A stretch of 64,000 nucleotides of DNA, taken from Candidatus Oxydemutator sp. Its GTDB lineage: Bacteria; Pseudomonadota; Gammaproteobacteria; Poriferisulfidales; Oxydemutatoraceae. The DNA lies in NCBI GenBank assembly GCA_965203445.1, contig OZ241883.1, positions 352,001-416,000 on the forward strand, read 5' to 3'. A program made the position numbers and the translations under genes. A model generated the notes under the pieces. That model worked only from the letters and a program-made list of their open reading frames with translations. It did no database searches and was not told where the DNA came from. Below are positions 12,617 to 24,672 of the stretch, piece after piece (position 1 is the first letter of the stretch; each line of letters opens with the position of its first letter).

Positions 12617-13090
12617 CTAAGCGAGGCGGCTTTCCAGTTCCTTCAGCGCCGCCGCGTGCGCGCCGCTATCCACTTCCCTGCGCAGGATGCGCTCGCTGCC
12701 GGCGACGGCGAGGGCGCCGACTTCGCGTCGCAGGCTTTCGCGCGCCTGCAGAACCTGCCGTTCGATCTCGCCCTGCGCCGCGTGCTTGATGCGCTCCGCC
12801 TCCTCGCGCGCGGTGACTTTCGCGTCCTCGACGATGCCGGTCGCGCGCTTCTCGGCCTGCGCGATGACGCCGGCGGCTTTTTCGCGCGCCTCGTCCTCGG
12901 CGGCGCGCGCGCGCGCCTGCGCCTCTTCCAGATCCTTGCGGCCCTGCTCGCCGGCGGCAAGACCCTCGGCCACTTTCCTGCGTCGCTCCTCGAGCGCGCC
13001 GGTCAGCGGGCCCCACAGGAAGCGGTTGACGAGCCAGATCAGGATCAGGAAAGCCGCGACCTGCGCGAACAGCGTTGCGCTGATGTTCAT
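12617..13090 (-). CDS. atpF: ATP synthase F0 b
   Basis: [11 protein letters not shown]-terminal TM then coiled coil. Confidence 0.96.
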   Translation of the reverse strand: MNISATLFAQVAAFLILIWLVNRFLWGPLTGALEERRRKVAEGLAAGEQGRKDLEEAQARARAAEDEAREKAAGVIAQAEKRATGIVEDAKVTAREEAERIKHAAQGEIERQVLQARESLRREVGALAVAGSERILRREVDSGAHAAALKELESRLA

Positions 13091-13096
13091 AGGATC

Positions 13097-13381
13097 TTAG
13101 AGCGGGAGCGCCGCGCCGAGCGCCCCGACGAACGGGTTGGCGAACAGAAACCACATCGCAAACGCCAGGATGATGAACGGGAACGACTCCATCAGCCCGG
13201 CGAAGATGAACATGTTGGTCATCAGCTGCGGGCGCAGTTCCGGCTGGCGCGCGATGCCTTCGAGCGTCTTGGCGCAGATCAGGCCCCAGCCAATGGCCGA
13301 ACCCAGTCCCGCGGCGGCCAGGATTACGCCGACGCCTACGGCGGTGTAGGCGTAGATGGTAGCAATCATGTCAGGTGTCAT
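13097..13381 (-). CDS. atpE: ATP synthase F0 c
   Basis: ARQPEL loop; ion-binding Glu in GLMESFP; AAGGAG RBS. Confidence 0.97.
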   Translation of the reverse strand: MTPDMIATIYAYTAVGVGVILAAAGLGSAIGWGLICAKTLEGIARQPELRPQLMTNMFIFAGLMESFPFIILAFAMWFLFANPFVGALGAALPL

Positions 13382-13409
13382 TACTTTCTCCTTTGTTGGT
13401 TCTACTTTG

Positions 13410-14243
13410 TTAGTGTTCTTCCTGATGCGCCATGCCGAGATAGACCACGGTCAGCACCATGAAAATAAACGCCTGCAACGTCACCACGAGCAGGTGAAAT
13501 ATCAGCCACGCCAAGTCGAGGCTGACCTGCAACGGCAGCCAGAACAACGCGGCAAAACCGACCGCGAGCGTTCCGCCGATCAGCGCGATCAACAAAAACA
13601 CCAGCTCGCCGGCGAACAGGTTGCCGAACAGACGCAGCGCGAGGCTCAGCGGTTTGGCCAGCTCCTCGATCGCGGTCATGACGACGTTGACCGGCACCAG
13701 GAACTTGCCGAACGGGTGAAACAGAAAAGTCCTCACGTAGCCGAGCGGCCCCTTGACCTTGACGCCGTAGAATATCGTCAGCGCGAACACGGTCAGCGAC
13801 AGCGCGAGCGTCGCGCTGATGTCGGTGGTCGGCACGACCTTGAGGTAGTCCACGCCGATCAATTTCGCCGCTTCCGGCAGCAGGTCCACCGGCACCAGGT
13901 CCATCGCGTTCATCAGCAGCACCCAGGTAAAGATCGTCAGCGCCATCGGCCCGATCAGCGGGTTGGTCTTCGGAAACACGTCGGCGACCTGCTTGTTGAC
14001 GAACTCGACCAGCACCTCGGCGGCGTTGACCAACCCCGACGGTTCGCCGGCGGTCGCGCGGCGCCCGATGCGCCACGCCAGCAGCACGATCAGCGCACCC
14101 AGCAGCACGCTGAAGAAAATCGTGTCCACGTGCCACGCGTTGAGTTTCAGCACCGAGTCGGATTTGCAGTCGGCGCCGACGCACAGGTTGGTCAGGTGAT
14201 GCTGGATATACTCGACGGTACCCAATTTTTCGCCGTCGCTCAT
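13410..14243 (-). CDS. atpB: ATP synthase F0 a
   Basis: [33 protein letters not shown]. Confidence 0.98.
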   Translation of the reverse strand: MSDGEKLGTVEYIQHHLTNLCVGADCKSDSVLKLNAWHVDTIFFSVLLGALIVLLAWRIGRRATAGEPSGLVNAAEVLVEFVNKQVADVFPKTNPLIGPMALTIFTWVLLMNAMDLVPVDLLPEAAKLIGVDYLKVVPTTDISATLALSLTVFALTIFYGVKVKGPLGYVRTFLFHPFGKFLVPVNVVMTAIEELAKPLSLALRLFGNLFAGELVFLLIALIGGTLAVGFAALFWLPLQVSLDLAWLIFHLLVVTLQAFIFMVLTVVYLGMAHQEEH

Positions 14244-14638
14244 TTGCGCGCCTCGCGCAGGCTCATCCAGTAGGCCAGGTAGCAGACGACGAAGGTGGCC
14301 AACATCGGCAGCGGCGGCAGTCGCAACGCCGCTATGCCGAGCACGAACGCCGCCAGCGTCAGTATCATGCGCGGCGCAATGCCGACCAACAACAATCCCG
14401 TGGTTACCATTTCTTTGTTTTCAAGCCGTTTGTCGAGACGCCTCAGCTGCACGGTGAGAAGCAGGGACAACAATATCGCAACCACTCCGCCGTAGAGCGC
14501 GGAAAGCGCCTGCTGCGCGGACGCGGTTCCCTGAAAGAATAGAAAACCTCCAGCCACTATCAACGCGGCCGCCACTTGGCGCCGCACGACCTTTCCGCCA
14601 ACGTCGCTCCACTCGTAGTTTCCGCGGGAACTCGTCAT
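14240..14638 (-). CDS. atpI: ATP synthase protein I
   Basis: Four-TM protein directly upstream of atpB; SALYGG motif. Confidence 0.8.
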   Translation of the reverse strand: MTSSRGNYEWSDVGGKVVRRQVAAALIVAGGFLFFQGTASAQQALSALYGGVVAILLSLLLTVQLRRLDKRLENKEMVTTGLLLVGIAPRMILTLAAFVLGIAALRLPPLPMLATFVVCYLAYWMSLREARK

Positions 14639-14720
14639 CCCCGCAAAAGCGGGAGCGCGCGCGGACGAGACACGGCCTTTTCTCCAATGCCGTGCATTGC
14701 GTACGGTTCGGGCAGAGATT

Positions 14721-14990
14721 TCAAGCCAGTAACTTGTGGATTTTCAGTATGCCGCCGACAAATCCGAGACTGGCGAATAGTAGCATGAAAAGCGGCCTCG
14801 TATCAAGCCACACGTCGGCCCAATAGCCCAGGATGAAGCCGCTCAAAACCATCGAGGCGAGGATCGTGCCGACGCCGATCAGTCCGAGACCGCGGGCCGG
14901 CCGGGAGCGGCCGGTGGGAACCGCTACTTTGCGACGGGTTCCGTCTTTCTCTCCTTTCCCTCCTTCGGGAGAGGACCCGTCAAACGTCAT
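14721..14990 (-). CDS. AtpZ/AtpI-family (ATPase gene 1) membrane protein
   Basis: GFILGYWADVWLDTRPLFMLLFASLGFVGG pattern; first gene of the atp operon; start uncertain. Confidence 0.8.
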   Translation of the reverse strand: MTFDGSSPEGGKGEKDGTRRKVAVPTGRSRPARGLGLIGVGTILASMVLSGFILGYWADVWLDTRPLFMLLFASLGFVGGILKIHKLLA

Positions 14991-15754
14991 CCCGCCGCAC
15001 CACGTCCCCTTCCCCCTTCGCAACGGGGCCGGGGTAAGGGGCGCGCCGCAAAATGCTCCGCGATTCGGCGCTGCATTGCGCGCGCCGTCGCGCGCGGGTC
15101 GGCGGCCTCCCGAATCGGCCTGCCGACGACGACGTAGTCGGCGCCGCGCGCAAACGCCTCGCCGACGTCAACGGTGCGCTTCTGATCGTCGTCGTTGTCC
15201 ACCGGGCGGATGCCGGGCACGACGACGAAAAGCTCGTCGCCAAGCGCGGCGCGCAGCGCCGCCGCCTCCAGCCCCGAGGAGACGACGCCGTCGCAGCCGG
15301 CCCGCAACGCGCGCCTCGCGCGCGACAACACCAATTCGCCGACGTCGCATGCGAATCCGAGATCGCGCAGATCGTTGCGGTCGAGACTGGTGAGCGCGGT
15401 GACGCCTAAGATCTTCTGGCGCCCCTTCTCGGCGGCGGCGGCCCTGAGCATGTCCTCGTTGCCGTGCACCGACACGAAAGACGCGCCGCGTTCGCGCAAG
15501 CGGCGCACCGCGGCGCCGACGGTGCGCGGCACGTCGAAGAACTTGAGGTCGACGAACACTTTTTTGCCGGCGCCGACGAGTTCGCGCAACAGATCAAAGT
15601 AGCCGTCGCTCATGAACAGCTCGAGGCCGAGCTTGTAGAAGACGACCGCGTCGTCCAGCGTCGAGACCAGCTCGCGCGCGGCGCCGACTTCGGGCACGTC
15701 GAGGGCGAAGATCAGGCGCTCGGAGGGGAGGATCTGTTCTTTGGAGGCGGTCAT
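14987..15754 (-). CDS. pyrF: Orotidine-5'-phosphate decarboxylase
   Basis: RLIFALD, FVDLKFFDVPRTV, VTALTS, VPGIRP, VVGRPI; start ATG 15754. Confidence 0.96.
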   Translation of the reverse strand: MTASKEQILPSERLIFALDVPEVGAARELVSTLDDAVVFYKLGLELFMSDGYFDLLRELVGAGKKVFVDLKFFDVPRTVGAAVRRLRERGASFVSVHGNEDMLRAAAAEKGRQKILGVTALTSLDRNDLRDLGFACDVGELVLSRARRALRAGCDGVVSSGLEAAALRAALGDELFVVVPGIRPVDNDDDQKRTVDVGEAFARGADYVVVGRPIREAADPRATARAMQRRIAEHFAARPLPRPRCEGGRGRGAAG

Positions 15755-15812
15755 TTGCGGAATTATAGCGGGTGCTCCGCCACGGCCTCGGATATTTGTT
15801 TGCGTCCGGCAA

Positions 15813-16967
15813 TCAAATGATGCCGCCGTCCCACAAATTCCTGACGAAAGTCTTGGCGGGCATGATTTCGATGCCGTCGTCGGTCCTTCTCGTGCGGGGT
15901 TCGCGGCATACGACGATGCGGCGCGCAACGTGCGGATGATCCAGAACGAGGCTGCGCAAGCCCCGCAAGTGGTCGCTTTGCGTGCGCGCGGTTGATTTTG
16001 CCTCGATGGCAACGCGCACGTCGCCGAGGATGAAATCCACCTCGACGCCGCTTGCAAGCCGCCAGTAATACAGGCCGGTATCGCATTCGCGGTAACTCAG
16101 ACAGGTGGACAGTTCGTGAAAGACCCAGTTTTCAAACGCCTTGCCGTACAGTTCCGAACCGGCGATCAGCTGGCCGCGCTTGGCCAGCCGATTCACGATG
16201 CCGACGTCGGCGAAATAAAACTTCGGCGCGCCGACTACGCGGCGTTTGGGCCGCCTGCGATAGGCCGGTAGCCATCTTGCAAGCAGCGTGTCTTCCAGGA
16301 TCCCGAAGTAATTCCTGACCGTCTGGTTCGACGTGCCGCATTCGCGGGCGACGTTCGAGAAGTTGACGATGTCGCCGTCGCTGAGCGCGGCGACGTCCAG
16401 GAAGTCGGAGAACGTCGGCAGGTTGCGCACCAGCCCTTCCGCCGCAATTTCCTCCTTCAGGTAATCGGCGACGTAGGCGTCGAGCAGGCGGCGTGGGCGC
16501 CCGGCCTGGTACACGTGGGGGAAATAACCGTAGTTGAGCATCCGATCCAAATCGAACGCGCGACCAAGTTCGCCGGCGGAAAGACCGTGCAATTCGTAGC
16601 GCACGGCGCGGCCCCCCAGGAGGTTGGCGCCACCCCGCCTCACCTTGCGCGCACTCGAACCGCAAAGCGCGAAGTGTGAACCGCGGTTTTCGATGAGCCA
16701 GTGGACCTCATCGAGCAACGTGGGAACCTTCTGGATCTCGTCAATCACGATTTGGCATTCCGGTTCCGCCGCCGCCGCCTCGATTTCTTCGCGCAGCAAT
16801 TCGGGGCGGGTGAGGTAACGGCGGAATTCCTCCGACTTCAGCAGATCAATCCAGCGGGCGTCCTTATAGGCTGTCCGCAATAACGTGCTTTTGCCGGTCT
16901 GGCGCGGCCCCCAAAGGAAGAAGGTCTCGCTTCCGGCGGGCGGAAGCGTAAGGTTTCGATGGAACAT
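15813..16967 (-). CDS. AAA_14 ATPase with DUF4143 (C-terminal PD-(D/E)xK-like domain)
   Basis: GPRQTGKST, IDEIQK, CGSS, PKFYFADVG, EVDFIL..AIEAK; start ATG 16967. Confidence 0.9.
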   Translation of the reverse strand: MFHRNLTLPPAGSETFFLWGPRQTGKSTLLRTAYKDARWIDLLKSEEFRRYLTRPELLREEIEAAAAEPECQIVIDEIQKVPTLLDEVHWLIENRGSHFALCGSSARKVRRGGANLLGGRAVRYELHGLSAGELGRAFDLDRMLNYGYFPHVYQAGRPRRLLDAYVADYLKEEIAAEGLVRNLPTFSDFLDVAALSDGDIVNFSNVARECGTSNQTVRNYFGILEDTLLARWLPAYRRRPKRRVVGAPKFYFADVGIVNRLAKRGQLIAGSELYGKAFENWVFHELSTCLSYRECDTGLYYWRLASGVEVDFILGDVRVAIEAKSTARTQSDHLRGLRSLVLDHPHVARRIVVCREPRTRRTDDGIEIMPAKTFVRNLWDGGII

Positions 16968-17057
16968 GAACTTCAATATATCATGATAATCTGAATTGAA
17001 ACTACAAATTATCCGGGCGCGCCCAGCCCATGAAAAGGCTGTTGTAGAATGGACGCC

Positions 17058-17471
17058 ATGGGACAAATTACGACGAAAATCCATCTGTCCAACCCACGCG
17101 ACGTTGATCTTGAACCGCTGGAGGTAGAGGCGCTCGTGGACACCGGGGCCGTCACGCTGTGCATTCCGGAGCATGTCGCCATTCAGTTGAATCTCGACGT
17201 GTTGGAGCAACGCGAGGTTACGACGGCGCAAGGGAAGCACAAATGCGATTACGTCGGCCCGGTGCAGATCCGGTTCGGGAACCGGTCGTGCTTCGGCGGC
17301 GCGCTGGTGCTAGGCGACGGCGTACTGTTGGGCGCGATTCCGATGGAGGATATGGACCTGGTCATTCGCCCCCTGGACGGAACGGTGGCGGTCAACCCGC
17401 AAAGCCCCAACATTCCGTCCGCGATTGTAAAGATGGGCGCGACGTGGAAAACCCGACCCGCCACCGGGTAG
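17058..17471 (+). CDS. Clan AA (retropepsin-like) aspartic protease
   Basis: ALVDTGAVTLCIP catalytic motif; LLGAIPMEDMDLVI. Confidence 0.88.
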   Translation: MGQITTKIHLSNPRDVDLEPLEVEALVDTGAVTLCIPEHVAIQLNLDVLEQREVTTAQGKHKCDYVGPVQIRFGNRSCFGGALVLGDGVLLGAIPMEDMDLVIRPLDGTVAVNPQSPNIPSAIVKMGATWKTRPATG

Positions 17472-18748
17472 TCATCGGCGACTCGCGGCGCCTGCGCCTG
17501 GTCGAGGACGACTCGGTGCACCTCGTCGTGACCTCGCCCCCGTACTGGCAGCTGAAAGATTACGGCGACGAAAACCAGATCGGGTTCGACGACTCCTACG
17601 AGGACTACGTCAACCACCTGAACGTGGTGTGGAACGAGTGCCGCCGGGTGCTCGCCCCCGGGTGCAGGTTGTGCATAAACGTCGGCGACCAGTTCGCGCG
17701 CTCGGTCTATTACGGGCGCTACAAGGTGATTCCGATCAGGACCGAAATCATCAAGTTTTGCGAGAGCGTCGGCTTCGATTACATGGGCACCATCATCTGG
17801 CAGAAAGCGGCCACGATGAACACCACCGGCGGCGCCTCGGTCATGGGTTCCTACCCGTATCCGAGAAACGGCATCATCAAAATTGATTACGAGTGGATCC
17901 TGTTGTTCAAGAAACTCGGCACCGCACCGCCGGTCGAACGCGAGCGCAAAGAACGTTCGCGCCTGACCAAGGAGGAGTGGAACCAATACTTTCGCGGCCA
18001 CTGGAACTTTCCCGGCGAGCGCCAGGACAAGCACTTGGCGATGTTCCCGGCGGAACTGCCCAAACGCTTGATCAAGATGTTTTCGTTTGTCGGCGACACG
18101 CTGCTGGATCCGTTTCTGGGCAGCGGGACGACCTGCTTAAGCGCGATGAACCTGGGCCGGAATTCCATCGGTTACGAGATCAACGAGAAGTTCGTCGGCG
18201 TCATCAGGGAGAAGCTCGCGCTGGATCAGAGCAAACTATGGCAGCCGAGCGTGGAGATCATCCGAGACAACGAGGGAGAGGCCCCGGATTTCCGGCGGTT
18301 GATAGAAAAGTTGCCGTATGTTTTCAAGGACACGGTGCGGATGCAGAGGAAAATGGACCCGAAGAAGATGCAGTTCGGATCGAAACTGGATGAGAACGGC
18401 GGCAGGCGCGACACGTATTACTCGGTCAAGGAGATCAAGAGTCCCGACAGCCTGGTGCTGGACAATAAAATGGAAATCAGGCTGCTCGGCGTCAGACCAT
18501 TCAATAAAAAATCGGCGGAAGCAGAGAACTTCATCATGCAAAAAACGCGGGGCCGAAAAGTCTTCATCAGGTTCGACCAGAAGAAGTATGACGACGACGG
18601 AAAACTGCTGTGCTACCTGTATCTGTCCGACAAAACGTTCATCAATGCCCACCTGATCAAGAGGGGACTCGCAGCCGCCGACCACAGTATCCGACACCGT
18701 CACCTCAACAGATTCCTGAAGTATCAGGAGCAGGTGAAAAATGGCTAA
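17444..18748 (+). CDS. Beta-class N4-C/N6-A DNA methyltransferase with C-terminal thermonuclease (SNase)-like domain
   Basis: VTSPPY, HLAMFP, LDPFLGSGTT; tail IRLLGV...GKLLCYLYL...INAHLIKRGLA; GTG start 17444. Confidence 0.9.
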   Translation: MENPTRHRVVIGDSRRLRLVEDDSVHLVVTSPPYWQLKDYGDENQIGFDDSYEDYVNHLNVVWNECRRVLAPGCRLCINVGDQFARSVYYGRYKVIPIRTEIIKFCESVGFDYMGTIIWQKAATMNTTGGASVMGSYPYPRNGIIKIDYEWILLFKKLGTAPPVERERKERSRLTKEEWNQYFRGHWNFPGERQDKHLAMFPAELPKRLIKMFSFVGDTLLDPFLGSGTTCLSAMNLGRNSIGYEINEKFVGVIREKLALDQSKLWQPSVEIIRDNEGEAPDFRRLIEKLPYVFKDTVRMQRKMDPKKMQFGSKLDENGGRRDTYYSVKEIKSPDSLVLDNKMEIRLLGVRPFNKKSAEAENFIMQKTRGRKVFIRFDQKKYDDDGKLLCYLYLSDKTFINAHLIKRGLAAADHSIRHRHLNRFLKYQEQVKNG

Positions 18749-19370
18749 AGAGTGGATCCTGAACAGCGCGACGAATCGGTTTCAGCTCAACTTCAAGAGA
18801 AACGTCGGGGCGGTATCGGAAGAAATAAGGAAATGCTCCCCGAAATCTCTTGAAGAGTGGCGACGTTACTACTTTGATAACGTTCGAAAGAAAACCCATA
18901 TCGAGGAATTGGGGCGACGGCTCTACATCAAAATTACCGAGGTTATTCCCTCTGAGGTGGAAGAAATAACCGAGCAGGATTGTATAGACTACATGTTGAA
19001 CCTGGTCATCAGCCGAACTTATGAAGGCTATGAAACAGAAATCAAAACCATATACGGCCAACTAGAGAAAGCCTTGGGCTGCAAAATCGAGCCTGCCCCA
19101 GATGATTGGGATAGAGGCTACAACGTGGACTTCTACATCAAAGTGAATGAAAAATTCATCGGCATTCAAATCAAGCCGGTCAGCGACGTTGCACACGTCC
19201 CCCAGATGTATCAAGAAAGAGCAATACAGAAAGATTCCCACGCCGAATTCAAAAAGAAATTCGGGGGCGAGGTGTTTTATGTGTTTTCACTCAAAAAGAA
19301 CGGCCAAAAAACAATTCAAAACACTGAGGTTGTCGAGCAAATCAGGAACGAGATAAACAAGCTTCAATAA
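18741..19370 (+). CDS. MjaI-family type II restriction endonuclease
   Basis: SPKSLEEWRRYY, RTYEG, VDFYI..IGIQIKP (PD-(D/E)xK-like); overlaps the methylase stop. Confidence 0.8.
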   Translation: MAKEWILNSATNRFQLNFKRNVGAVSEEIRKCSPKSLEEWRRYYFDNVRKKTHIEELGRRLYIKITEVIPSEVEEITEQDCIDYMLNLVISRTYEGYETEIKTIYGQLEKALGCKIEPAPDDWDRGYNVDFYIKVNEKFIGIQIKPVSDVAHVPQMYQERAIQKDSHAEFKKKFGGEVFYVFSLKKNGQKTIQNTEVVEQIRNEINKLQ

Positions 19371-19420
19371 GGCAATCATTCCTCTTCCATGAGGAAGCAC
19401 CTTATCCAAGGTCGGATACC

Positions 19421-19516
19421 CTAATCCCGCAGATACTTGAAATAGAGTATGGCCGCGATGATGATCATCACGACGCTCAGGATCATCGCCGTTGCTTCGT
19501 ATATGTTCACGTCCAT
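19421..19516 (-). CDS. 31-aa single-TM micropeptide (MDVNIYEATAMILSVVMIIIAAILYFKYLRD)
   Basis: Manual translation; AAGGAG RBS; starts 3 nt after the upstream stop. Confidence 0.6.
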   Translation of the reverse strand: MDVNIYEATAMILSVVMIIIAAILYFKYLRD

Positions 19517-19519
19517 TTT

Positions 19520-19747
19520 TTACTCCTTGTTGTGGTTTGCGTTTCGGGGTCCACGTTTGTAGCCCATACCCACCAGCATCATGCCGACGGCATAGCAGCT
19601 AATCAGCCACATGATACTCGCAATGAGACCGGACAGCTTGTCCAACGTCCAATAAGACTGAACAAACAGCAACGCGGCCCCGACGTTGCCGAGGGCTATC
19701 AAGCCCTTGCCTGCCGCTTTCAGCGGTTCCGCGTAGTATTTTGCCAT
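19520..19747 (-). CDS. 75-aa two-TM hypothetical protein
   Basis: MAKYYAEPLK...; AAGGAG upstream; two hydrophobic helices. Confidence 0.6.
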   Translation of the reverse strand: MAKYYAEPLKAAGKGLIALGNVGAALLFVQSYWTLDKLSGLIASIMWLISCYAVGMMLVGMGYKRGPRNANHNKE

Positions 19748-19890
19748 AGAAGATCGCTCCTTTGGCTTTCCTTGTAGCACTCGATTCCAAAGCAGAGCGC
19801 AAGAACTGGAATGAACGGCACAAAACAGCCGACGAACGGTCATAGCGTGGACACGGCCCCGTTCTTGCCCGCACCCCTTACAATACCCCC

Positions 19891-21772
<1,882 letters not shown>

Positions 21773-21786
<14 letters not shown>

Positions 21787-22261
21787 CGCCAAAACCCGTG
21801 CTACCGTCGCCTGGATCGCGGCGCTGGCGCTGTTGACAAGCGCGGCGCCGGCGGCGGACTCGCCGACGTCGGACGGCATGCGCCACGTCAAGAGCCGCCA
21901 CGTCGTCGACGTAACCGTCGAGCGCGCGAAGCGCATGTTGGAGCATCACGGCTTCCGCGTGTTCGGCGTCATTGACCACGCCGACAACGCGAAGCAGGCC
22001 GACCTCGAACTGCCGCCGACGCAACTGCTGGTGTTCGGCAACCCGAAGGGCGGCACGCCGTTGATGCGCGCCAACCGGCTGATCGGCGCCGATCTGCCGA
22101 TGAAATTGTTGGTGTGGGAAGACGCCGACGGCGTCGTCTGGATCAGCTACAACGAAGCCGCCTATCTGCAAAAGCGCCACCACCTGGACGATCACGCAAA
22201 GCAGTTCGCGCAAATCGCGCGGTTGCTAGAAGACGTAAGCCGCGCGACGGCGAAAAAATAA
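21773..22261 (+). CDS. DUF302-domain exported protein
   Basis: Signal peptide; [26 protein letters not shown]. Confidence 0.85.
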
Positions 22262-22262
22262 A

Positions 22263-22928
22263 GTGGCGGGCGCGGCTGCGACCCTGCGCACGGGACTTGC
22301 GCAACTGGGGCTTGCGACGGACGCCGCGCGCATTGAGACGCTGCTCAAGTGGCTGCGATTGCTTGAAAAATGGAACCGCGCCTATAACCTGACCGCGATC
22401 GCCCCCGCGCAGATGATCCCGCGCCTGGTGCTGCCAAGCGCCGCCGCCGCGCCGTATCTGCGGGGTCGCGAGATCATAGACGTCGGCAGCGGCGCCGGCG
22501 TCCCCGGCATCCCGCTCGCGGTGCTCGCCCCCGAACGCCGCTACACCCTGCTCGACGGCAACGGCAAGAAGACCCGGTTTCTCGAACATTGCCGCCTGAG
22601 CCTGGCGCTCGAAAACATCGTCGTCGTGCGCGACCGCGTCGAGACGTTCCGCCCGCGCGCGCCGTTCGACACGATCATCAGCCGCGCCTACGCCAAATTG
22701 CCCGATTTCACCGCGACCACGCGCCATCTGGGACACGACGGCACGCTGTGGCTGGCGCTGAAAGGCAAAGCGACGGCGGCGGAGTTCGCAGAGCTGGAAC
22801 GGGATCGAAAAACCCGCGCCATCAAGTGCCAATCGAGGCTGCTGCGCGTCCTGGACGGCGGCGCGCCGGCAACGTTGGTCAGCATCGAAACCGGCGCCGC
22901 GGCAGGAATGCGGCAGGGGAAGTTATAA
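22263..22928 (+). CDS. rsmG: 16S rRNA m7G527 methyltransferase
   Basis: WNRAYNLTAI, DVGSGAGVPG, SRA; between mnmG and parA. Confidence 0.95.
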   Translation: MAGAAATLRTGLAQLGLATDAARIETLLKWLRLLEKWNRAYNLTAIAPAQMIPRLVLPSAAAAPYLRGREIIDVGSGAGVPGIPLAVLAPERRYTLLDGNGKKTRFLEHCRLSLALENIVVVRDRVETFRPRAPFDTIISRAYAKLPDFTATTRHLGHDGTLWLALKGKATAAEFAELERDRKTRAIKCQSRLLRVLDGGAPATLVSIETGAAAGMRQGKL

Positions 22929-22943
22929 TCACCCGGCTTCCCG

Positions 22944-23720
22944 ATGAAACCCATGAAGGGCGCCTACGCAATCACCAACCAGAAAGGCGGCGTCGGCAAG
23001 ACGACGACCAGCGTCAACCTGGCCGCGTCGCTGGCGGCGACCGGGCGGCGCGTGTTGCTGGCGGACCTCGACCCGCAGGGCAACGCCACGACCGCAAGCG
23101 GCGCGGACAAGAACGCGCTCGAGCATTCCACCGCCGACGTGCTGTCCGGCGAGGCGCCGCACTCGTGCATCGTCCACGCCGAGGTAGCCGGCTACGATCT
23201 GCTCGGCGCCAACGGCGCGCTGACGGTCAGCGAAGTGGAACTGATGAACAGTCCCAGGCGCGAATTTCGCCTGCGCAACGCGCTGGCCAGGCTGAACGTG
23301 AGCTACGACTACATTCTGATGGATTGCCCGCCGACGCTGAACGCGCTGACAATCAACGCGCTGGTCGCGGCGCAAGGCGTCATCATCCCGATCCAGTGCG
23401 AGTATTTCGCGCTCGAGGGGCTGTCGTCGCTGCTGGAAACCATCGAGCGCGTACGCCAGACCGCGAACCCCGAACTGCGCATCGAGGGCGTGCTGCGAAC
23501 AATGTTCGATCCGCGCAACAATCTCGCGCGCGACGTCTCACGACAACTGACGATCCATTTCGAGAAGGAGCTGTACGAGGCGATCATCCCGCGCAACGTG
23601 ACCCTGGCGGAGGCGCCTAGCCACGGCATGCCGATCCTGCAATACGACAGACATTCACGCGGCTCGCAGGCGTACCTGGCGTTGGCCGGCGAGGTGCTGA
23701 CGCGCGAGGGCGCGGGATAA
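22944..23720 (+). CDS. parA: Chromosome partitioning ATPase ParA/Soj
   Basis: NQKGGVGKTTT, DLDPQGNAT, DCPP, QCEYFALEG. Confidence 0.97.
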   Translation: MKPMKGAYAITNQKGGVGKTTTSVNLAASLAATGRRVLLADLDPQGNATTASGADKNALEHSTADVLSGEAPHSCIVHAEVAGYDLLGANGALTVSEVELMNSPRREFRLRNALARLNVSYDYILMDCPPTLNALTINALVAAQGVIIPIQCEYFALEGLSSLLETIERVRQTANPELRIEGVLRTMFDPRNNLARDVSRQLTIHFEKELYEAIIPRNVTLAEAPSHGMPILQYDRHSRGSQAYLALAGEVLTREGAG

Positions 23721-23724
23721 CGGC

Positions 23725-24609
23725 ATGACCAGGGGCAAACGCAGGGGCCTGGGCGCGCTCGGAGTGGACGTGCTGCTGACGTCTTCGCGCGCGGTCGCGG
23801 TCGGCGGCGACGGCGACGTCCAACTGCGACAAATCCGGCTCGACGACATCCGCCCCGGCCACCACCAGCCGCGCCGGCGTATAGACGAGGACACGTTGCG
23901 CGAACTCGCCGAATCGATCAAGAGCCAGGGCCTGATCCAGCCGGTGATCGTGCGCGGCGACGCGAACGACGCGGGCCGCTACGAGCTGATCGCCGGCGAG
24001 CGGCGCTGGCGCGCCGCGCGCATCGCCGGGCTTGCGCGGATCCCGGCGCTGGTGCGCTCGCTCGACGAAAACGACGCCGCCGCGATTGCACTGATAGAAA
24101 ACATCCAGCGCGAGGACCTGAATCCGCTCGAGGAGGCGTCCGCGATCCAGCAGCTCATCGTCCAGTTCGAGCTCACCCACGAACAGGCCGCCAGCGCGAT
24201 CGGGCGTTCGCGCCCGGCGGTCTCGAACCTGCTGCGCCTGCTCGAACTCAGTCCCGAAGTGCGCGACTGGCTCGCACAGCGGCGCTTCGAGATGGGACAC
24301 GCGCGCACGCTGCTGCAACTGGAAAAAGAGCGGCAGGTCGACGCCGCGCGCGCGATTATCGAGCAGCAGATGTCGGTGCGCGAGGCCGAGCGCTACGTCG
24401 CCGCGTCGCTGAAGAAAAACGGCGCGAGCGCCGGCGCCGAACGCCGCAAGCGCAAACCGCCCGAGATCGCGTCGTTGGAGCGAGAATTGTCCGAGCGCCT
24501 GGGCGCCGCGGTGGACGTTCGCCACAGTGCCGCCTCGGGTAAGGGCAAACTGCTGATCTATTACAGCGACCTCGACGAACTCGAGGGCATACTCGAAAAA
24601 ATCCGCTGA
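23725..24609 (+). CDS. parB: Chromosome partitioning protein ParB
   Basis: QPRR, AGERRWRA, ENIQREDLNPLEEA, HTH. Confidence 0.97.
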   Translation: MTRGKRRGLGALGVDVLLTSSRAVAVGGDGDVQLRQIRLDDIRPGHHQPRRRIDEDTLRELAESIKSQGLIQPVIVRGDANDAGRYELIAGERRWRAARIAGLARIPALVRSLDENDAAAIALIENIQREDLNPLEEASAIQQLIVQFELTHEQAASAIGRSRPAVSNLLRLLELSPEVRDWLAQRRFEMGHARTLLQLEKERQVDAARAIIEQQMSVREAERYVAASLKKNGASAGAERRKRKPPEIASLERELSERLGAAVDVRHSAASGKGKLLIYYSDLDELEGILEKIR

Positions 24610-24672
24610 ACGCACCCGTCCCCGCCCTTTCCGGGAACGGCAAAGCGGCCGGCCGCGGCCGAAGACGGCGGA

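Noticed and set aside
13097-13381. Na+-translocating ATP synthase (ES motif in subunit c)
   Set aside because: The Gln and Tyr ligands of Na+-type c rings are absent (SAIGWG, ESFPF), so it is probably H+-coupled.
19371-19890. oriC upstream of mnmG
   Set aside because: No cluster of TTATCCACA DnaA boxes or AT-rich 13-mers was seen; the region encodes small ORFs.
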